This document shows positions 53,356 through 64,000 of a stretch of DNA of 64,000 nt, piece by piece. The stretch covers positions 356,438,001 through 356,502,000 of the forward strand of contig OZ024743.1 of NCBI GenBank assembly GCA_964016885.1, read 5' to 3'. The notes beneath the pieces were generated by a model. The model saw only the letters and a list, made by a program, of their open reading frames with translations, did not search any database and was not told where the DNA came from. Every line of letters begins with the position of its first letter. Position 1 is the first letter of the stretch. The DNA is from Eledone cirrhosa (lineage: Eukaryota). A program made the translations under genes and the position numbers.

Positions 53356-53391
53356 TCTTCTGATGAAGGACTAGCGTCCGAAACGTTAAGA
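53356..53391 (+). ncRNA. Minimal type-I hammerhead ribozyme motif (Penelope-type)
   Basis: TCTT-CTGATGA-A-GGAC(TAGC)GTCC-GAAACGTT-AAGA: core boxes, 4-bp stem II, palindromic AACGTT in place of stem III, stem I TCTT/AAGA. Confidence 0.7.
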
Positions 53392-55400
53392 CCCTCTTCC
53401 TGCTATATCAAGCGTTAACTTAATATATACCTTCCATATACTGTACTGATTGTGTTGTTATTTCTGTTTACCTTTACATACATATATATAGCTCCCTCAT
53501 ATAGAATGGAAATCATGCTGGGTGATTAATATTGTACTGTATACTATGGAAACCTTGTACTAAGAGAATATATTTAAACATTTTAAATTTGATGATAGAT
53601 TGCATAATATATGGGATTCAAGCAGTGTAATAAATTTCATCTGAGTTTCCTCTTTACTGTATGAAGTCTTGTAGTGTAATACATTTTTCTCCCAAATATA
53701 AGATATTTCTAGCTTTACCAGCTGTACGGAAGTCCTATAGTAATAAATTCACTACTCTATGCCAAGAAAATCATGTACAGTAACAAAAAGAAGGGTTGAC
53801 TCAACTGTATTTCACAAAAATAACAAATAATTCACCTTTATATACAATAAAATCAATACTATTACTCTAGCAAGGTGGAGAAAGACATACAGAGCTTTAT
53901 CAAAGCCTCATAGTATAAATATTTTTCTTTTATATTTTAAGCAAATCTTTATTATTTTTTTTACTGATTTGTTAGAACAGGAAGAACAGTACAGATGAGT
54001 TTTTCAAGAGTTTCTGCAGCTGATGGGAAGGAAGGAGGGAGGAAGGTAGCCCCAAACCACAGACCAAGACAGAATATTTGTATCAGAGTGAACTTATTAA
54101 AGGCACCTAAAGTGCAAAGATGGTGGTTAAATATACTTATCTCACAACATTGTAAATAAAAAAAAAATGATTAAATTTTAAAAAAAGAAAAGAAAAGTTA
54201 AGATAGAAAAAGGAAAATTGGAAACACAACAAGAAATTTCTCCAGAACATTTCCCCATCCTTATAGTAAAAAGGATTTCTATTTCTTTTTTAACTTGATC
54301 ATCAAATTGGAACAAAGAAACTATGGTTCCATTGCTCACTCCATCTGTCAATTACAACTCAGAGCAGAACTGGGTTTCAGCCCTGAATACACAGAACTAG
54401 AGCAGATACTGTAAAGCATCTAGTCTGACTCTTTAACGATTCTGCCAATCCACCGCCCCAGGACTAGTATTTACCAACCCTTTTGAAGAGTTGTAAAATA
54501 ATGTAACAGTCAAAGGTGTTTGCACCGAAATTTAAACACAGAATGCACAGAGCAGGAGCAGATAGTGAAGAGCATCCTGTTCAGCGCTTTAATAATTCTG
54601 CCAATCAACCCAGCATCCTTGGAATGGTACTTTATTTATCAACCCCAAAATGATGACAAGCAAAGTCGAGTTCAGCACAATCTGAACTCGGAGAACTGGA
54701 ACATATCTTTATAGTATATTTACCAGTGGACAGTAGTAAACTAAATTAAAAACTTGAATTTTTTATGTGATACAGTCACAGGGCCGTTTTATATTTTTCA
54801 AAAAAAGTCTTGCTAATGCGGTTTCGTGTGGTACAGGAGATTAACAGTTAACAACTCTACTACTTTGCCACTTGGAAGATCTATAGAGCAATAAACAAAA
54901 TGTTTCCAGCATTCAAAAGCAACAAAAGTGATTTAACAAGACTTAACAAATAGTGCTAGCTTCGTTAGCTTTTATGCATAGAAAAATATCAATAGACAAA
55001 TGCCAGCACCGATTAAAATGATTTAAATTGATGGTAGGCAATACTTCATGGCAGCAAACAGCAAAGTATTTTCCTAGATTGGGGTAGTTGCTAAAAACGA
55101 CCTCTGACCATTTTAGTTGCCACGGTGAGCAGTATAGAGTGAGTGAGTTTATTGAAATAACACTAAGTGTGTACAGTCGTGTCTGTGTCCATGAGTATAT
55201 TTGCATGTGAATGTGCATGCATGTATGTATGTGTATAAGAGTGTGTGTGCATATTTGCCTATGCATGTTTGTCCAGTTGCGTTTGTGTGTGTGTGTGTGT
55301 CTGTAGAAAAGCCTGTTGGGGAAGGAAAGATAGTATGATGTGTTGACTTTTTTATAACATGCTATGAACAATTCAGCATGTAAAAAGATGTCCATCTGTC

Positions 55401-55447
<47 letters not shown>

Positions 55448-55875
55448 ATACATGTGTGCCAAAATACATACAGGATGGAGTAGGCATGAAGTGAAGTAAG
55501 TGATGTTTTGTAAGGTACAATGAGAAAAATGACAGTAAAAATAAATGTGTGTGGAAAAGGAGAGCAATATATCTATATATAATGTAAAAGAGAGATGTTT
55601 GTTGGTTGGTGTTTTCATGCAAAAATGAAAACTGACAATCAAAAAGTAAGTACACCAATGGAATAAGGGTATACCCAGAAAGGTTTATTGATAACATCAA
55701 AGAAAAAAAAAACATGCTGAGTATGCTAACCAACTCGGATTGCTATTTCTTGCTGGTTGGTAGACAACCATACGGGATTCTCTTTGCGTTGTCAGAGATG
55801 CTCGTGTTTGGCGGCCAGCGTCTCTGTGATTCAAATGATGCTTTACACGCGCACATACACATTTATATATAATTA

Positions 55876-56436
55876 TCTATATATATATAATATAAAAGAT
55901 TGGAACTCCCATCATCCTTTTAAGAAACCTGGACCTGCCACATCTATGCAATGGCCCATGCTTAACAGTCAGGTGGATGTTGAACCATCTCCTAGGGGTT
56001 ACAATTCTTGGAGGCAATCATCAACGAGAAAATGAATTTATGCCCAAGATTCCTTTCATCCTTTTCTCTACAAGCCCTGTTAGAGCCAGTTTTGCTTTGA
56101 CCATAAACAAAGCTCAGGATCAGGGTTTCAAAGTTGTAGGACTGAATATGAGAGAATTGGTTTTTACCCATAGACAGTTATGTGTCTGTTCTTCACAAGT
56201 GGAAACACCTAAAAAAATCTTCATATACTATGCATGAATGGTAAAACGAAGAATCTGGTGTATCAGGAAAATTTATAACTGCTGCGCGTAAACACGCACG
56301 CGCACACACACACACACACACACACCATGGTCTCGCCACATACTGTGAACCAGACAACACATCCAATATAGTCCTTTTCTTTTCTATTGGTCTTCTCTTA
56401 TCTGTTTACCCAGGCAAAGCTGGGTACCTCAGCTAG
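55876..56436 (+). mobile_element. Internally deleted Helitron with PIF1-helicase C-terminal remnant
   Basis: A|TCTATAT.. 5' end; PVRASFALTINKAQ.QG.KVVGL..VFTH.QL.V..S.V ..TKNLVYQE; 3' hairpin ACCCAG-GCAAAG-CTGGGT then CTAG|T. Confidence 0.85.
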
Positions 56437-56551
56437 TATATATATATAGAAAATAATTTGTCCACTTAAGCATGTTGGAGTTCTGTTTCACTTGGTTTAA
56501 ATGTATGGTTGTTCTTTCCTTTCATTTGTTCCCAATCTTTTTCTCTCTGTG

Positions 56552-56623
<72 letters not shown>

Positions 56624-56859
56624 GATATTCATCCAAATACAATATATATGCTACATACACATACTTGCATAAGTATTTCATTTGGTTAAACCTAACCTCA
56701 CACACAGACAAAGATAGAGAGGAGGCCTCTATGTAGTCACTCAATTTATTAGAAATAGCAACCAAATCAACTATATACCACACATTACATTCTCCTCCTT
56801 GGTCATCACTTCTTTTCACACTCGGAAATACACACACAAATATATATATATATACACAC

Positions 56860-56925
<66 letters not shown>

Positions 56926-57404
56926 GACACACCATGTTGACAACAATGTATTTCAATAAAATATGTTGACTTTTGCAAGTGTGCATATAGAAACAGACAC
57001 ACTTTATATATATATATATATGGTAGCAAGGAAAAATGATGATATATATATATAATATATATACACACACATGCATATAATATATATAGATAGATATAAA
57101 TATAGACAAGTAAAGGTGGAAATACATTTATGCAGGTAGTTTCCATGTGTGCATGCGCACATGTACATGCATCTGTCTGTATGCGTGTGATAACAGTGAC
57201 AAGTTGACACGGAATGCTCAATAATTGTTGCCTCCGTTAATTAAATAGTTGTCAGCACATCGCTGTGGACAGCACAACAATATCATAATTGCTGAACTAT
57301 TTTGACATCCATAATAACAAATAAGAAAAATTAGTGTTTTGTTTTGTCTTTGTTTTTTTTTTAATGTTTGGCATTCTTCTTTTTCTTTCTTTTGTAAATA
57401 TCAG

Positions 57405-57431
57405 GAAAAGTGGCAGCGAAAAGGTGTGGCG
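57405..57431 (+). other. Candidate 27-nt frame-preserving micro-exon
   Basis: ttaat branch-like motif, cattcttctttttctttcttttgtaaatatcag| GAAAAGTGGCAGCGAAAAGGTGTGGCG |GTAAGA. All three frames open. Confidence 0.45.
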
Positions 57432-57726
57432 GTAAGAAGTCCATATCACAACAACAACAATACCTTCTATCACAACAACAACTACTGTTGCTACTATAGA
57501 AAACAACAACACCAAAAGTAACACCAGGCACAGCACTTGGTTTAACTCTTAGTAACCTGTACCACATGCATTACCACATGCATTAACAAGAAAGTTTTTA
57601 AAAGTACAAAACAGCATTATGACTAAATTACATTACAAACTAAAATCTCTACTTTAATACACCTGATGGAGCAAACATGATGAAAGGTAAGCTCAATTCA
57701 CTCCATCAGCAACTATATATATGTGA

Positions 57727-58319
57727 CTAGCAGTGGTACCCGGCGTTGCATAGGATAAGGTATTTTGGAACGCGGGCTGCCAACAGACCTAATCGTGGAA
57801 AAACTGCATGACTGGACAATATGTAAAGAAAATATTCCGAATACTCTGATGGCTAAATAATCTTTAAAATTTTCCTCGATGAAGCAAGAAAAATGCAGGT
57901 TTTCACCTAATGCAGGCCCTAGGGGATCAAGAAAATGAATTTTTTTTATGTGCATAATATGCCTTGAAATTTCGGGAAAATCGGCTAGACATAACGCCTC
58001 AAAAAAGCCATAAAAAGCTGAAAAAAAATGAAGTTTTTCACCTAATGCGGGCCCTAGGCCATAAAAAAGTTGGATTTTCGTTGCTCACGGTATGAAGAAG
58101 AGACTGACTAATACATAGTTACAATTTCAAGGAAATCGGTCTGACGTAACGCCTCAAAGAACCCCTAAAAAGCTGAAAAAAATGCGGTTTTTCACCTAAT
58201 GCGGGCTCTAGGGGTCAAAAAGTTGAATTTTTTTATGTGCATAACACTCCCTGAAACACATGTAAAGTTTGAAAAAAATCGGTTGAGTACTTCTCGAGTT
58301 TTAGGGATTCAAACTCACA

Positions 58320-58359
<40 letters not shown>

Positions 58360-58381
58360 TCCTCAGTTTTATATATATAGA
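57727..58381 (-). mobile_element. Non-autonomous Helitron with internal tandem repeats
   Basis: Minus strand: A|TCTATATATATAAAACTG..(TG)n..GCAACGCCGGGTACCACTGCTAG|T; three tttcacctaatgc.ggc.ctagg units. Confidence 0.85.
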
Positions 58382-59975
58382 TAAGAGGTTTGCCTTTTTC
58401 AAACATGGAACACTTTTTGGTTCAGAAAATTTGGGGGGAGCCCCAAAGTCTAATACTGTTATATGGTTGTAATATTAATATACTCTTCTACCTTTATTCA
58501 CGAAACCCAAGACATTCTTTTGTGGAACCCACTTTGGGAATCACTGGCCCAAGTCACCTCTGATTAAGCAAGTAGATGATAGGTTTGCTCAAGTTACTCC
58601 TGAGAAAAGGTTAGCCTTCACTGAGATGTGGGCAGATAATGGCTGAGAACTATTTATGACAAGAGTGTAACATGGCCATTTTTGTTTGATGTCTAATCCT
58701 TTTGATAGTACGCCACCTGAAACAGCCCTTGGTTCTAAACTTCATGTCATAATTTTATATAAGAATCATTGTTATGCTATGTTCCAAACACTTGATAAAT
58801 AATGAGATAGTTGTGGTACTTATTTTATCAATCTCTGTCAAATCCCAATGTAATATTTGAAAATCATAGGCAGTATCTTTCCTTAGAAATATGGTAACAA
58901 AATAGTTAAGCAACTGGTGATATTTGTTTATGTCCTACATTTCTGATTTGGGATCTTACAGTGGAAAAAATTGCCCCAAAGAATCTTATCCAACATATAC
59001 ATACCAACATGGGGGTAAAAGGATATAATATGGTGGTGATGGTGGTGTTATTTCAAGACTAGACTGTTTTATACCATGCTTGGGTGCCATAAAATAGAAA
59101 GAAAAAGAAGAATCCTTAACATTAGACATCACACCTTCTACTCCTTCAAGATCAGTAAATCAACAGCAATTGGACAAATGCCTGCGTTACCATTCCCAGT
59201 CTCATCTTCTTCAACTTAAATATATAGTTGGTTTGGTTTGGAGGATTTTTATTTTGTTTTTGTTACTTTTTATTTATTTATTTGTCGATGATGATGATGA
59301 TAATGATGATGCATTTTTTCCTTTTTTTTTTTAAATGGCATATAATTAATTAGAGTAGTAGAAAGACAAATATAAGAGAAATGAAATATTTTCCGTCCTT
59401 CTCCTTCCACGCCCACCTCATCACCCCAACGTCACCTTTCTATTCTTTAAAACAACAAAATACAACCACAGTATACAAAATCACATAAACACAGAGGAAT
59501 CAATTCTCAAGGAATCAGTGATTGTGTAAGCACGCATACAAACACATTCACACATACATGTGTAAGCACACATACAAACACATGCACACATACATGAGCA
59601 TACAGACACAAACTAACACCAACGGCATCAGCACGTTCCTTCCCTTGTTGTCAGGGTCAGGTTTGTGTTCAGCACCACCACTACACACAGACATACACAC
59701 CCACTTCTGATTAATTATATGGCTGTTGCTTTCAGACCAATCAACTATGAACTCCAAATTCATGAATCTTGTTTGTCAAACAATCCACCGACACATTTTC
59801 TATCAGTCATTGTTGACAGTGTTTAAACAGAGCAGGAATCCCACCACACTCACCTAGCCCACATCTTCCATTCTCCAGTTTCTCCTTTCTCTTGTTCTCT
59901 CTCCCACACACACACAAACACAAATATCAGCCTAAGATATTTCTCACCTTCCATACATTTTCAATAATTCTAATT

Positions 59976-60040
<65 letters not shown>

Positions 60041-60525
60041 AAACATGACTGCAGGCCAAAAAGATAGTTTTTAATAAATTATATATACACATACACACGT
60101 GTGTGTTTATACACATACATACATATACAAACACACTGATGCATATCTCCTCTTCTCTCTCTCTCTCTCTCTATTATATATATATATATAAAATCCCCTC
60201 ATTACTTGTCCCAATTATTCTGACCGTTTGCTGACAAATCGGTTTAATTAGAATCAATCCTAAAGCCCTCTACAATTGCAGCATCCATTTCACCACCACC
60301 ACCACCACCACCTGCCAACTAGTAGCCCTACTATCAGGAATGAGGTGGGGGCAGGTTATTTCTCTCCATCACTCACCAAACCTTGCCCTCCTCATTCCTC
60401 TTCATGCAGGTGCTTCTGGGATAGCTGGAATTTCATATGGGGATATTTTTTTCCATATTTTTTTTTTAGTTTTATGGATTAATATGTATTTTATTTGATT
60501 TTTTTTTTCATTTACTGTTGTTCAG

Positions 60526-60542
60526 CAGATGTGCATGTGTTT
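60526..60542 (+). other. Candidate 17/14-nt micro-exon (NAGNAG acceptor)
   Basis: tttgattttttttttcatttactgttgttcag|cag| ... TTT|GTGAGT. Confidence 0.3.
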
Positions 60543-60918
60543 GTGAGTGTGCGTCTGCGTGTGCTTGTGCGTAAAAGTGTGTGTGTGTGTACAAAGCTTT
60601 CATTTGTAATTTGTTATTTGAGCAACCACATGAACTGTTTGTTTTCTTATTTGCATTATTTATGTATTATTTGTTTGTTGTTGTCTTTAAGGGATTTGTA
60701 TTTTTTTTTTTTCGTTTGTACTTTTTATTTTGTTGTTTTTTACTTAGAGCACTGCCAGTGCTTCATTAGTGTTGACATCTTGTCAAACATTTCACTGAGA
60801 TTAAGACTGGCACATATGAGAAGACATTCACTCAAGGTTTTGCTGTCGTCATCGTGCTTGTTGTGGCTGTTTTGCCTGTGATCAGCCATGTTCATGCACA
60901 CGTGTATGTATGTTCATA

Positions 60919-60994
<76 letters not shown>

Positions 60995-61375
60995 TAAGAT
61001 CCCAACCACATCTCCCCATGCATTGAGTACTCCCATGATTAGTGGTTTCCCCAGTTTCAGCACCGCAGGCTCTCTCAATATATATATATAAACAAATAGT
61101 AGAAAGGAAAAAGATTTTTTCTGTAGAAAATGTTGAGATATTTTCAGTGAAATTTCAAAGCATTAATTTATTTACAATACCGGTTTCAGTATTAAATGGA
61201 TTGTCAATTGCGGATATGCAGAATATTGTTAAGTTGCATATTTGTACAAATAGTGAAAATAATGATAATAACAAAAAAAAAAAATAATATGGAGAGGGGA
61301 AGAAAAGTTAATTTTCACATACGTGATCTTTCAGAGAAGAAAGTCATTTTGTCTGTCCATCCTTCTCTGCTAATA

Positions 61376-61427
<52 letters not shown>

Positions 61428-61428
<1 letters not shown>

Positions 61429-61815
61429 ATCATCGTTTTTTTATATCAATTTTCAAATGCTTGCATGTTTTAGTGAAATCCTTTTCAGTACAGCCTCCTT
61501 CCAGGTGTGTTCCTTCATCATCTCCTATGAGAGGTTCAGCATTCTGTGATCAGCTCTTAACACCGTTGTCCAGGTTTTCCTTGGTCTTCCTCTATAGTAG
61601 CTTCCTTCTACTGGTAACTCTTAGAACTTCTTCAGGTAGCAATCGTCATCCATATGAATTGTGTGTTCATACTTGCTCAGTCTTCTCTCCTGCACACTCC
61701 TTCAAAACCCTCTTATATCCAGGTTTCCTCTCGACGCCTCCCTGCTTCACTGTTCCTGCACATTAACATCACACATCCATCAAAGCATGCTCACTTTATC
61801 TCTCTCCATTCTTTG
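61428..61815 (-). mobile_element. Decayed RTE-X 3' fragment (second subfamily)
   Basis: Minus strand reads ELPVEG..RGRPRKTW..WKEAVLKR, like 49110-49390. Confidence 0.75.
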
Positions 61816-62182
61816 CCTATCATCTACATATGTGTGTGTGTGTATATGTGTGTGCGCGCGTGTTGTCATCAGAAAGGGATCTGGCCATAGAAAAACTACC
61901 ATAAATGTCTTGTCCAACCTATGCCAGCATAAAGAGTGGATGTAAAAATCATTCCAGCCATGACCATCTTGTCTTTTTATGGTTATATAGTAGAGTTACA
62001 CCATGCAATGTGCCTTTTTCTAGCAGCCAAACCTATCATGTTAAAGCACCCTATTAACTCAGTTTGTAATTAGTTTTAGAATAAGGTAATGGATAAAAAA
62101 AAAAGGGACTGATGGCGTATTTAAGGAGTATTTGTTGTTAACCTTCTGATCGCTCCCAATCTAGCTGATTTATAACCAGGAG

Positions 62183-62410
62183 TATTGCTGCTGTGACCAA
62201 CAGATGTCCAGTCTCCTCTAATCCTGAGCAAACTACAGAGCCAAGGTATTGCTGCTGTGACCAACAGATCTCCTATCTCCTCAATCCTGAGCAGACCTAT
62301 GAGCCAAAGTATTGCTGCTATGACCAACAGACATCCTACCTCCTCAATCCTGAGCAGACATTTGAGCCAAACTATTGCTGCTATGACCAACAGATGTCCT
62401 ATCTCCTCAT
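62183..62410. repeat. 63-bp minisatellite, about 3.6 copies
   Basis: tattgctgct.tgaccaacaga..tcct..ctcctcaatcctgagcaga...tgagccaa starts at about 62183, 62247, 62310 and 62373. Confidence 0.92.
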
Positions 62411-64000
62411 TTGTAGTACTTAATGGTACATTATTTAAAGAAAGATATTTGTGTAATTTGAGGGTTGGATACTATTTCTAACAATTTAAGTGCCTGCATA
62501 GAGGCCCCCTTGTTATCTCCAGTTCTCTTGTGAGATTACAAGGCAACCTCACCACTGTCAGTGCCAATATAAAATGCATGTAGTACATTCTGTAATGTGA
62601 CTTTTTTTACGAAGGGCATTTAGATATGGAAACCATGTCAGAAATTAAACTTATGAGTAAAACGTTGTCCTCTAATCCTTCAAGGAGAACAGTAACTCTA
62701 AATAAGAACTGACCAAGACCGTAACAATCCATCCAACCTATGCTAACATGGAAAGCAAACATAAAATAATGATAATGATAAATGCTGCAGGTGTATTAGA
62801 GAAAAATTTTCAATGATGCATTTTTGAATTTTGTTAAAGCTGCATAACTGTTTTAACCCTTCCATTGCCATATTTCTAACAAATTACACAAGTGTTTTTC
62901 GATCAACTTGGAGAATAATTAATAATTTCAAAGTATTTAATTGAAAAAATGTATTCATTATAATTAAGCTGATGTTAGGAACATAACAAAATGTCCGTAG
63001 ATAAAATTATGATGCAACAGTATAACAGGTATTCTAAAATAATTTTTCTCCTCTAAAACAGGGCCTAGCCTTGTGGTGTCCCATGACTGGTTTCTTATTA
63101 TGGGGTCATTCTGAAGCAAGGTTTACAGTTGGATGCTCTCCCTAGTGCCAACCCTTTAAGTTGCCTCATATGACATGCTGGGATGTAGTCTACATAGTCT
63201 AAACCGGATAAAATTATGAAGGAAAATTTAAATTTAAATATTTTAAATAAAAGATATAGGACCAGAGGCAGTGTTAAGCAGATCGATCTTGAATTTGATC
63301 TCATTACAAGTTAGCCAGCAAGCCTGCAGTCCTTTCACTTGTCTACTTAGATATTTTTACTGCTGTGAAAGCAAGTTCTATGCAATACAATAATGAAAAT
63401 GTAAATAAATGCTACCAAAAAGATATATTTAAAAACTTCTGAAATACTCACTTATGAAGAGATCATGAACAAAAGGATTAAAAAAATGAATGAAAAAGAC
63501 TGAAAAAATAAATTTCAAAGTAATAATAAATTTGACAAAGATTTCTTATAACAAACCGTCTTAGACATACACACCAACCACTTTTTGTTATTGTTTTTTT
63601 ACAAGAGAATCTACCATTTTTGTGGATGTCTTTTTTTCTGTTGATTTAGATATTATATTTTTACTTTTTTATTCATTTATTGAGTAGGGTATATTTTTTA
63701 AAATAAATTTTCCAGTTATAAGAATAGTTGAACCTCTAACCTATCAGACCAAATGTCAGTCATAGTGAGAAAGCAACAAGGAAAATGAATGCATGAGTGT
63801 GTATACATGTGTGTGCGTGTGCACATATATGTGGGTGTGTGTGTATGAATATTTCTATAGATAGGAGTGTGTGTATGTGTTATGCATATGTGTGCATACA
63901 TTATGTGTGTATGTGTGGCTGTGTATATATACATGTGTGCATTACTGTATGTGTGTATATGATGCAGGGTGACGAGAGAGAGGGGAAATGGTGTAGGGGA

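Noticed and set aside
55977-56237. Cellular PIF1 helicase gene
   Set aside because: Short degenerate fragment enclosed by Helitron TC and CTAG termini.
57663-57710. C/D snoRNA or pre-miRNA (CTGATGGAG..CTCCATCAG with an internal ATGATGA)
   Set aside because: Only a 9-bp stem, no properly placed D box, and the interior does not pair.

Overview
AT-rich, repeat-saturated animal genomic DNA with one 200-N gap (19934-20133). The SINE families and microsatellite density suggest a coleoid cephalopod such as Octopus; that is inference, not a database result. No intact cellular gene, rRNA, tRNA or CRISPR array is visible. Recognisable coding sequence comes from decayed mobile elements: two R4/Dong-like RLE LINE loci, an RTE LINE ending in three C2H2 fingers, a near-full RTE-X LINE with a PHD finger inside its RT plus many derivatives, Tx1/L1 remnants, Penelope and mariner scraps, and three Helitrons. 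There are also two tRNA-derived SINE families and hAT- and piggyBac-like MITEs. Main leads: (1) a chain of short, strongly splice-flanked + strand candidate exons that may be a micro-exon host gene; (2) a twin-priming-like 5' inversion in an RTE-X copy; (3) 11-nt 5'/3' UTR complementarity in the RTE; (4) a 48-bp hairpin-unit array and a covarying stem-loop in the shared RTE-X/SINE tail; (5) a minimal hammerhead ribozyme.
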